Shown in pieces: positions 56,627-64,000 of a stretch of 64,000 nt of DNA (position 1 is its first letter; every line of letters starts with the position of its first letter). The notes under the pieces were generated by a model. It did not search any database. It saw only the letters and a list, made by a program, of their open reading frames with translations, and was not told the origin of the DNA. The stretch covers positions 17,983 through 81,982 of the forward strand of contig JAZAMN010000054.1 in NCBI GenBank assembly GCA_036229005.1, read 5' to 3'. Origin of the DNA: Myxococcota bacterium. GTDB taxonomy: Bacteria > Myxococcota_A > UBA796 > CAJQPC01. Both the position numbers and the translations under genes were made by a program.

Positions 56627-56716
56627 TCAGGAGCCCACCCAGGTGATCTCGTTCGCCTCCTGGGGCTCAGGGAACTCCCAGCGCGCCAGCAGGCCCTCCA
56701 GCACCCCAGGCCTCAC
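56627..56716 (-). pseudogene. Possible 3' remnant of an AAA_33/kinase-type gene
   Basis: VRPGVLEGLLARWEFPEPQEANEITWVGS* resembles C-termini of AAA-kinase proteins (recalled pattern). No upstream body. Confidence 0.4.
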
Positions 56717-56961
56717 ATCCCGAGGGCCTCGCGGATGTTCGCTTTGGCCCGCTCCTCCAGGCGCTCCGCGTCGTGGAGACAGAGGGCAGCAAAGGAGGTG
56801 AGCCGATCCGCCCAGAGACCGGCCCGGTCCACCTCTCCCCAGTGCCCCAGCACCTCGCGCAGGTGATCGATGGAGTGGTACGCCCGAGGGGGCTGGCTCC
56901 ACCGCGACTCCAGGTCCTCCCACCACCCCGCGGCGAGCGGCAGGCCGGCGGGCGCCCTCAT
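56713..56961 (-). pseudogene. Internally deleted HD-superfamily (COG4339-like) phosphohydrolase
   Basis: RAYHSIDH and LCLHDA are joined directly to a C-terminal-like ERLEERAKANI. Only 82 aa. Confidence 0.65.
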
Positions 56962-58769
56962 GGCTGCAGCGGCCAGACCAGGGGCACCACGCTGAGCGCC
57001 ACCAGCAGGCAGATCACGTTCAGGGGCAGGCCCACGCGCACGAAGTCGCGGAAGCGGTAGCCGCCGGGGCCGTAGACCAGCAGGGTCGCGTTCGAGCCGA
57101 CGGGGCTCGCGAACCCCGCAGACGCCGCCAGCGCCACCACCACCGCGAAGGGCCTCGGATCCAGGCCTGCCGCCGCAGCGACCGAGAGCGCGATGGGGAA
57201 CACGATGGCCGCGCCCGCCGCGTTGGTGATCAGCGACGCTGCCACCACACTGAGCAGATACACCAGCGCGAGCAGCCCCACCGGCGGCAGGAAACCAGCC
57301 AGCAGCACGAGCCCGTCCGCGATGCCCTGTGCGGCGCCCGAGAGCTCCAGCGCCTGCGCCAGGCCCAGCGCGCAGGCGATGACGATCAGCACGGAGAACT
57401 CCACCGCCTGCCGGGCCTGCCGGGCGTTCAGGGCCTTGAAGGCGACCAGCGCGACCACCGACAGCATGGCCATGACCGCGATGGGGACCTCGGGGACCTG
57501 CGGCCAGAGCTTGTGCGCGAAGGTGGACCCCACCGGCAACACGACCAGCAGCCCCAGCACGCCCAGGGCTGCCCGCGCGGACTTGAAGTTGGGGGGCGCC
57601 TCGGCCCCGCTCAGCGCGGACACCAGGTAGAAGTCCACGCTGTCCCGCCAGGTCTCATGGAATCCGGGGGACGCCGACAGCAGCAGCGTATCGCCGGGAC
57701 GCAGCTCCAGGTCACCGATGCGCTGGTGCAGGCGCTCGCCCGCGCGATGCACCGCCAGGATCGCCGCGTCGAAGCGCCGCCGGAAGCCCACCTCCCGGAC
57801 GGTGCGCCCCAGCATGCGGCTGCGGTGGGAGACCACGACCTCGAACAGATGGCGCTCCATGGAGCTCAGATCCAGGTCCTCGACCGGGACCAACCCGGGG
57901 AAGCTGCGCAGCTCGGCCACGCTGGAAGCCACGCCGGAGAGCACCAGCAGGTCCCCTGCGCTCAGCAGATCCTGGGGCGCGACCGGACGCACGATCCGAC
58001 CGTCAGCGCGCTGGATCTCCGCGAGGAAGAGACCTGGGAGCTGCCGCAATCCGGCCTCACCGACGGACTTCCCGATCAGCGGAGAGTCGGACTGCACCGC
58101 CAGCTCAGCGAGGTACTGCCGGGCTGCATCGACATCGCGCACGACCTCGGAGAGCGCCTGCCGCTCCCCCAGCATCTTCCAGGCCACGGTGGACAAGTAG
58201 ATCAGGCCCAGCACCACCGTGGGCACGCCCACCCAGGCCATCTCCAGCATGCCCAGGGGCTCCAGGCCCGCCTGGACCAGCCGGCCCGACACCACCAGGT
58301 TGGCGCTGGTGCCGATCAGCGTGCAGGTGCCGCCGAGCATCGCCGCAAAGCCCAGGGGCATGAGGTAGCGCGAGGGCGTCTCCCCAACGCGCCGGGCGAA
58401 GCTGCGCGTGGCTGGGATGAACATCGCCACGATGGGCGTGTTGTTCACGAACGCGGAGAAGAACGCCGTCGGGAGCAGCAGCCGGACCAAGCCGCGCTGG
58501 GGACCGTTGTCCGTCCCGAAGACCGCGCGGGTGATGAGCCGCAGGGCGCCCGTGTGTCGGACAGCCGCGGCGACCACGAACAGCGCCCCGACGGTGAGCA
58601 CCGCGGGATCCGAGAAACCGACCAGCGCCTGGTCGAGGTCAGCGACGCCCCCCGCGACGGTGAGGGCCAGTCCGCCGAAGAGCGCCATCGGCGGCCGCAC
58701 CCTGTCCAGGGCGATCAGCAGAGTGATGCCGGCGAGGACGGCGAGGACGAACCAGGCTTGGACAGGCAT
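56958..58769 (-). CDS. SLC13-family permease with two TrkA-C (RCK_C) domains
   Basis: SAFVNNTPIVA, LGGTCTLIGTSANL, SPLIGKSV and YGPGGYRFRDF. Confidence 0.92.
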   Translation of the reverse strand: MPVQAWFVLAVLAGITLLIALDRVRPPMALFGGLALTVAGGVADLDQALVGFSDPAVLTVGALFVVAAAVRHTGALRLITRAVFGTDNGPQRGLVRLLLPTAFFSAFVNNTPIVAMFIPATRSFARRVGETPSRYLMPLGFAAMLGGTCTLIGTSANLVVSGRLVQAGLEPLGMLEMAWVGVPTVVLGLIYLSTVAWKMLGERQALSEVVRDVDAARQYLAELAVQSDSPLIGKSVGEAGLRQLPGLFLAEIQRADGRIVRPVAPQDLLSAGDLLVLSGVASSVAELRSFPGLVPVEDLDLSSMERHLFEVVVSHRSRMLGRTVREVGFRRRFDAAILAVHRAGERLHQRIGDLELRPGDTLLLSASPGFHETWRDSVDFYLVSALSGAEAPPNFKSARAALGVLGLLVVLPVGSTFAHKLWPQVPEVPIAVMAMLSVVALVAFKALNARQARQAVEFSVLIVIACALGLAQALELSGAAQGIADGLVLLAGFLPPVGLLALVYLLSVVAASLITNAAGAAIVFPIALSVAAAAGLDPRPFAVVVALAASAGFASPVGSNATLLVYGPGGYRFRDFVRVGLPLNVICLLVALSVVPLVWPLQP

Positions 58770-58840
58770 TCAGGACCGGGGGTGAGAGGGAGTCCCTATG
58801 CCTGGGGGCTGGCGCTGCCCACAGCAAGTCTGGTGCAGGG

Positions 58841-59134
58841 TCAGAGCTGGGCCCGCAGGCCGTCGCGGCACAGCGCCCGCAGAAGGTGGCGCACCTGAAC
58901 ACCCTCCTCCAGAGGATGCCGCAAGCACTGGTCCAGGTCGGCGCTGTAGTGGTTGCGACGTCCGGACTTGGTCACCTGGACATAGCCGTCTTCCACCAGA
59001 TCGTGCAGGATGCGCTGGACGGCCCGCTCGGTGATCCCCACCCGCTCGGCGATATCGCGCATGCGTAGGTCGGGGTCCTGGTGCACCAGCATCAGCACGT
59101 GGGTGTGGTTCGAGAGAAAGGTCCACTTGGACAA
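58841..59134 (-). CDS. Small winged-helix regulator
   Basis: WTFLSNHTHVL...RMRDIAERVGITERAVQRI...GRRNHY...LRHPLE. GGAGG RBS with TTG at 59134. Confidence 0.88.
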   Translation of the reverse strand: MSKWTFLSNHTHVLMLVHQDPDLRMRDIAERVGITERAVQRILHDLVEDGYVQVTKSGRRNHYSADLDQCLRHPLEEGVQVRHLLRALCRDGLRAQL

Positions 59135-59257
59135 GACAGCCTCCAGTCCCACTCCAGGCGTGGGCCCCCACAAATTGCCATGACTGCATTGTCCTGACAA
59201 GTTTTTCGTGTAATCCTCATCGCGACATAGACTGAGAGTTCTGTGTCCGGAGACTCC

Positions 59258-60850
59258 ATGGCCAACGCCCCAGATTCCATCACGCCGGCAAAGAACCGCG
59301 GCTTCATCAGCGAGTTCATGGCGTCTGTCGTCGTGTTCCTGGTCGCGCTTCCGCTCTGCCTGGGCATCGCGATCGCCTCGGGGGTGCCCCCCGCAATGGG
59401 CATCGTCTCCGGCATCATCGGCGGCCTCATCGTCGGCAGCCTCGCGGGCTCTCCCCTCCAGGTCTCCGGCCCCGCCGCCGGCCTGGTCGTCATCGTCTAC
59501 GACATCGTCCAGGAGCACGGCCTGTTCGCCCTGGGCCCCATCCTGATCCTGGCGGGCATCATCCAGATGGTCGCCGGCAAGCTGCAGCTTGGCCAGTGGT
59601 TCCGGGCGGTGGCCCCGGCAGTCATCTACGCCATGCTCACGGGCATCGGCGTCCTGATCTTCGCCAGCCAGTTCCACGTCATGGTCGACGACGTGCCCAG
59701 CAGCAGCGGCGTCACCAACCTGGTGAGCATCCCCCTGGCCATCTGGAAGGCCATCTCCCCCGAGCAGGGCATGGTCCACCAGGAGGCCGCGCTGGTCGGT
59801 GTGCTGGCGATGGTCATCCTCATCGGCTGGAACTGGCTGCGCCCCAAGCTCCCCAGCCTGCTCCGCGCCCTCCCCGCCCCGCTCCTGGCCGTGGCCTCCG
59901 GCGTCACCGCCGTCTGGTTCTTCGACCTGCCCATCAAGATGGTCGACGTGCCCAACGAGCTCTCCGGCTTGATCAACCTGCCCACCCTGGAGGGCGCAAA
60001 GCTCCTGCTCAACCCCTCCATCCTGGGCACCGCTTTCGCCGTCGCGATCATCGCCAGCGCCGAGGCCCTTCTCTGCGCCGTCGCCGTCGACAAGCTGCAC
60101 AACGGCGAGCGCTCGGACCTGGACAAGGAGCTCTTCGCGCAGGGCGTCGGCAACACCATCGCCGGCCTCCTGGGCGCGCTCCCCGTCACCGGCGTCATCG
60201 TGCGCTCCACCGCCAACATCGAGTCCGGCGCCCAGACCCGCTGGTCGGCCGTCATGCACGCCGGTTGGCTCATCCTCGCGGTGGTGGCCCTGCCCCAGGT
60301 CCTGGGCCTGATCCCCGTGGCCTCCCTGGCCGCCGTGCTGGTCTACATCGGCTGGAAGCTCATCAACTTCAAGATCACCCAGACCCTCTGGGAGCGCGGC
60401 CGCGGAGAGGCCGTGATCTACGTCGCCACCGTGGTGGCCATCGTCGCCACCAGCCTGCTCGAGGGCCTGATGGTCGGCGTCGCGCTGGCCTTCCTCAAGC
60501 TGGCCTGGAGCTTCTCCCACATGAAGGTGGACCGTGAGGAGAGCGGCGATCGCGTCGACCTCCGCCTGCACGGCAGCGGCACCTTTGTCGGCCTGCCCAC
60601 CCTGGCCCGCGCCCTCAAGGAGGTCCCCCAGAACCGCGAGGTCCACGTCCACCTGGAGGAGGTCGACTACATCGATCACGCGTGCTTCGATCTGCTCTCC
60701 GACTGGCGCACCCAGTACGAGCTCGGCGGCGGCAGCGTGGTCGTCGAGTGGGACACCCTGGCGGCCCGAAAGAACTACAAGGCCAAGTTCGCCAGCACCC
60801 AGGTCCTCCAGAGCGGCCCCGGAGTGGACGCGGAGCAGGAGCCCGGCTGA
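59258..60850 (+). CDS. SulP/SLC26 anion transporter with STAS domain
   Basis: VFLVALPLCLGIAIASG, QVSGPAAG, ELFAQGVGN and GALPVTGVIVRS. STAS motif YIDHAC. Confidence 0.95.
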   Translation: MANAPDSITPAKNRGFISEFMASVVVFLVALPLCLGIAIASGVPPAMGIVSGIIGGLIVGSLAGSPLQVSGPAAGLVVIVYDIVQEHGLFALGPILILAGIIQMVAGKLQLGQWFRAVAPAVIYAMLTGIGVLIFASQFHVMVDDVPSSSGVTNLVSIPLAIWKAISPEQGMVHQEAALVGVLAMVILIGWNWLRPKLPSLLRALPAPLLAVASGVTAVWFFDLPIKMVDVPNELSGLINLPTLEGAKLLLNPSILGTAFAVAIIASAEALLCAVAVDKLHNGERSDLDKELFAQGVGNTIAGLLGALPVTGVIVRSTANIESGAQTRWSAVMHAGWLILAVVALPQVLGLIPVASLAAVLVYIGWKLINFKITQTLWERGRGEAVIYVATVVAIVATSLLEGLMVGVALAFLKLAWSFSHMKVDREESGDRVDLRLHGSGTFVGLPTLARALKEVPQNREVHVHLEEVDYIDHACFDLLSDWRTQYELGGGSVVVEWDTLAARKNYKAKFASTQVLQSGPGVDAEQEPG

Positions 60851-60931
60851 GGGTCCTGCTCGGCCCGCCCCTCCCAGCAGAGGCGAGCCCTCAGGCCAAC
60901 GGCTACCCTGGCCGGCAGACCAGGAGCCCCC

Positions 60932-61639
60932 ATGCGAATCCAGCCCTGGAGCGCCCTCGCGGCGCTCTCTCTGCTCTGTGCCTGCGGGCGCGCACCCGAT
61001 CGGGACGGTGACGGTCTGACCGACGCTGCCGAAGAGGAGTTGGGTACGGATCCCCGCTCCGCCGACAGCGACGGGGACGGGTTCGAGGACCTGGAGGAGC
61101 TCAGCGCTGGCGGGGATCCCCTCCTGTGCTGGTCGGTGCCTCAGGGCTGGCCGGATTGTCGGGTCCAAGGCGAGGACATCGAAGGCGAGGGCTTCGCCCA
61201 GGGCGACGTGGTCCTCGACGCTCCGCTGGTCGAGGCCGACGGCAGCACCTTGAGCCTGCGCCACTTCTCCACGATGGTGGTGGTCATCGACCTGTCCGCC
61301 GGGTGGTGCGGTCCCTGCCAGCAATCCACACCTCGCATGCAGGCCCTGGCCGACTCCTATGACGAGTCAGACGGCGTCGCGGTGGTGCAGGTGATGGTGG
61401 CCGGCTGGAACCAGGGCTCCCTCTCCGACGGCTTCCTGGAGCAGTGGCGAGACATGTTCAGCCTCAGCATCCCGGTCACCGCCCCCGTCCCCGGAGAGAG
61501 CGATCTGGAGCAAGCCCTGCTGGACGCCGGCACCTACACCGGCAGCGTCCCCAGCTTCCTGGTGCTCAGCCGGGACCAGGAGCTGATCTACGTCGGGTCC
61601 GAGTCCGGTGTCGCGGCAGCCGTGGAGGCCGCGCTCTGA
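60932..61639 (+). CDS. TlpA-like thioredoxin lipoprotein with Ca-binding DxDGDG repeats
   Basis: LCAC lipobox, DRDGDGLTD...GTDP...DSDGDGFED and SAGWCGPC. Confidence 0.85.
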   Translation: MRIQPWSALAALSLLCACGRAPDRDGDGLTDAAEEELGTDPRSADSDGDGFEDLEELSAGGDPLLCWSVPQGWPDCRVQGEDIEGEGFAQGDVVLDAPLVEADGSTLSLRHFSTMVVVIDLSAGWCGPCQQSTPRMQALADSYDESDGVAVVQVMVAGWNQGSLSDGFLEQWRDMFSLSIPVTAPVPGESDLEQALLDAGTYTGSVPSFLVLSRDQELIYVGSESGVAAAVEAAL

Positions 61640-61648
61640 GCCCGCAGA

Positions 61649-62311
61649 TCAACCGGCCTGGCGCCGCCCCTGTCCCCCACCCTGGCCCCGCCCTCGACCC
61701 TTGCCGCCGCCCCCGCAGCCGCCCTGAGGTGCCGCCAGGATCCGCCCGAGCTCGGCCTGGGAGATGTGGCTTGGGGTGAAGACCACGCCGCGCTGCTGGA
61801 GCTGTCCCACAAAGGCCCGCATGTGGTTCTCCGAGGCGCAGCGGAGCTGTTCGACCATTCGCAGCAGCGCGGGCTCTCCAGCCGCCAGTCCCTTGAGCTT
61901 GTCCAGATCATGGATGTCCAGGTCCTCGACCATCGCGCCGGCCAACAAAGCCTCCTCGACGCTGCCGAGGCCCAGCTCCAGCAGCCCGAAGTACGCCTCC
62001 TGCAGCTCCCCGTCCACCAGCTCTCCGGGGCCAAGCCCGCGGGTGGGATCCTGGAGCCCATAGGCCCGGAGCTGCTGAGCCACCGCGTCCATGTGGCGCT
62101 GCTCGGAGGCCGCGATGTTGGCGAACACCGGCAGCCCCCACTCCACCGAGAGCTGGGTGTACAGGTCCCGGGCCAGCTTCTCGTCCTGCATCAGGTGGTC
62201 CAGCGCCGCAGCGAGGTGCAGGTCACAGGCCTGCGCGGGCAGGGGCAGTCCAACGAGCGCTGCGGCGCCCAGCGCGCCCACGGCGGTGAGCAGGTCTCGG
62301 CGGCACATCAT
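61649..62311 (-). CDS. DUF2202 ferritin-like protein with Tat signal
   Basis: CRRDLL twin-arginine signal, DEKLARDLY, SEQRH, EDLDIHDL and SENHMRAF, with a Gly-rich tail. Confidence 0.85.
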   Translation of the reverse strand: MMCRRDLLTAVGALGAAALVGLPLPAQACDLHLAAALDHLMQDEKLARDLYTQLSVEWGLPVFANIAASEQRHMDAVAQQLRAYGLQDPTRGLGPGELVDGELQEAYFGLLELGLGSVEEALLAGAMVEDLDIHDLDKLKGLAAGEPALLRMVEQLRCASENHMRAFVGQLQQRGVVFTPSHISQAELGRILAAPQGGCGGGGKGRGRGQGGGQGRRQAG

Positions 62312-62334
62312 GGTCTCTCCTGGCTGCCTTCAAG

Positions 62335-63051
62335 CTAGTCGTCGTCTCCCTCCCCCTCAATGAGGCCAAATGTCGCGCCCGTGACCTGGGCCGCGGTCTG
62401 CCCCGAATCCGAGGGTTGGCCGAGGCCCCGCAGCAGCTCGGGCGGTCCGGGCCTGAACTGCACGGAGATCCGGGGCAGCGCGCTGGCGACCTTGGGCACG
62501 CAGTGCTCGAAGTCCTCCTGGCAGCGCCCGCCCATCACCAGCAGGTCCCCCCACCCCAGCTCGAAGGCGCGGCTGGGCCCTCCGGAGCTTGGGCGGATCA
62601 GGAAGCGGCGAGGCTCCCCCAGGGACAGGATGGCGATGACCCGGTCGCTGCTGTCCACCCGCTGCCCGCTGCGGGACAGGCGGTCTCCGTGCCAGGCCAC
62701 CGAGTCTCGTCCATCTCGGTAAAGGCAGGCCCCCAGGCTGTAGAGGGGGCGCCCGTAGCGCTGGGAGAGCTGCAGGGCACACCGCTCCAGGATCGAGGGC
62801 ACCGGCCCATCCTGCGGCAACCGGGCCAGCAAGCGAGGTACTGCGACCACCCGCTCGTACATGGGCCGCTCCTGGGCCCGCCAGGCCAAGGTCTGCCGGA
62901 GCTGCTCGAAGAGCACGCCATGCCCCCGCAGCCAGCCCGAGTGGTGCTCCAGCCAGGAGCAGGCGCCCAGCGGGATGTGTCTGAGCCCCGACCAGTCGGG
63001 GGCCAGCGAGAGATCTGGAGCGGCGAACAGTGGGAGTTGGAGTGCGAGCAT
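62335..63051 (-). CDS. AlkB-like 2OG-Fe(II) dioxygenase (ALKBH2/3 type)
   Basis: YRDGRDSVAWHGD, GDLLVMGG, EHCVPK and RISVQFR. Confidence 0.9.
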   Translation of the reverse strand: MLALQLPLFAAPDLSLAPDWSGLRHIPLGACSWLEHHSGWLRGHGVLFEQLRQTLAWRAQERPMYERVVAVPRLLARLPQDGPVPSILERCALQLSQRYGRPLYSLGACLYRDGRDSVAWHGDRLSRSGQRVDSSDRVIAILSLGEPRRFLIRPSSGGPSRAFELGWGDLLVMGGRCQEDFEHCVPKVASALPRISVQFRPGPPELLRGLGQPSDSGQTAAQVTGATFGLIEGEGDDD

Positions 63052-63063
63052 GCTTCGAACATA

Positions 63064-63080
63064 CTGTACACTTGTTCAGC
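63064..63080. promoter_or_regulatory. LexA (SOS) box, Myxococcus type
   Basis: CTGTACACTTGTTCAGC fits CTRHAMRYBYGTTCAGS at all 17 positions and lies 12 bp from the AlkB-like start. Confidence 0.75.
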
Positions 63081-63127
63081 CATCAACCCCAGGCGATCGC
63101 GTCCAAAGAGGATGGGGCGCAGAGCTC

Positions 63128-63808
63128 CTACACCGGCAGCTCCAGAGCCTCCCCCAGCCAGCGCATCCACGGCATGGCCTCCTCGAAGCGCTCGCAGACC
63201 CACTGCTCCAAATCCGGCGTTCCGAGCTTCTCTTCTGGGAGGGCCAACGACAGCGCCCAGTCCTTGTAGCGCAGGTCTTCGATCAGGGCGTGCTCGGGGT
63301 CGAAGCCCTTCGGCGCGCGCTTGAGCGACTCCCCCATGCGCTCCCAGCCGGCGTCCAGCCCGGCCGCCTTGGCTGCCAGGAAGTCATCGGGGCGCTCCAC
63401 GACCGCCTGTCGCGCCTTGAGCAGCGCGCTCCGTTCCGGGTGCCACACCCCCGCCCCCAGCATGCAGTTGCCGGGCTCCAGGCCGATGTAGAAGCCTGGC
63501 GCGTGCACGTCCCGGCTCGCCTGCGCGTGTCGGAACTGCATCCCGGTGTGTGTCTTGTAGGGCGACTTGTCCTTGGAGAAGCGCGTGTCCCTGTAGATGC
63601 GGAACAAGCTTCCGCCGTTGCCCTTGTCGCTGGCCACGAAGTGCGGGCTCAGATCCATCGGGGGCCCCTGGATCGCCCGGATGAACCCCAGCGCCGGCTC
63701 CTTCACCTGCGCGTCATAGCGTCCCTTGTTCGCCTTGAACCAGTCCCGTTCGTTGTTCTCGGCCAGATCGGCCATGAAGTCGAGCAGCTCGGGGGGAAGC
63801 GTGGCCAT
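63128..63808 (-). CDS. DUF2461 (TIGR02453) family protein
   Basis: NNERDWF, FRIYRDTRFSKDKSPYKT and LKRAPKGF. Confidence 0.92.
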   Translation of the reverse strand: MATLPPELLDFMADLAENNERDWFKANKGRYDAQVKEPALGFIRAIQGPPMDLSPHFVASDKGNGGSLFRIYRDTRFSKDKSPYKTHTGMQFRHAQASRDVHAPGFYIGLEPGNCMLGAGVWHPERSALLKARQAVVERPDDFLAAKAAGLDAGWERMGESLKRAPKGFDPEHALIEDLRYKDWALSLALPEEKLGTPDLEQWVCERFEEAMPWMRWLGEALELPV

Positions 63809-63872
63809 CGTGTCCTCACCGGCGCGGGTTGTTGCCTGTCGGATGCTACTGCAGCGCGCCCGATGCGGACTG

Positions 63873-64000
63873 TCCCCGGCCCCGCCGGGGCTCAGGGGGG
63901 GCGCGCACACAGCCCACCACTCCCACCCTCACCACCGCCGAGGTCTCGGTGCGCAATCCTGCGCCCGAGACCCGGGAGTTCGGGCGGCCGAGGCGCTGGG
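63873..64000 (+). repeat. Structured repeat, A-type, truncated by the window end
   Basis: Matches ~10674-10800. Confidence 0.88.

Overview
This is a 64 kb chromosomal window from a very GC-rich bacterium. It is most consistent with Myxococcota or a related delta-proteobacterial lineage, based on a Myxococcus-type LexA box, CdnL/CarD, an MxcH/MxcI-like uptake pair and many lipoproteins. It holds about 60 protein-coding genes. Housekeeping genes are carD-cysS, rph-rdgB, a cyclophilin and tRNA-Pro(TGG). Accessory blocks include a TerB-FHA-ABC exporter operon, an Ig-repeat/beta-barrel surface protein, a cytochrome P460-like lipoprotein, a MopE-repeat/C-type lectin protein, an MbnP-MbnH-barrel triad, modABC with regulator, a TonB/PepSY iron-uptake block, ArsM-Ogt, several regulator/enzyme pairs, SLC13 and SulP transporters, and an AlkB-like gene with a LexA box. 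I saw no transposase, integrase or CRISPR array. Four observations stand out. (1) Two copies of a ~260 bp non-coding element with 3+3 inverted GGCTAC-N8-RRTGAGCG boxes at a 30-31 bp period around a core of helically phased A/T tracts, each next to gene-deletion scars. (2) A modular, co-oriented, covarying ~200 bp structured repeat family. (3) Many exported proteins with ultra-short, uncharged signal peptides (lipobox Cys at residue 8-11). (4) A 55-bp imperfect direct repeat bracketing the iron-uptake block and fused to a frameshifted uvrC tail. All calls come from reading motifs by eye and no database searches were run. Several start codons were moved from the ORF track to the RBS-supported start.
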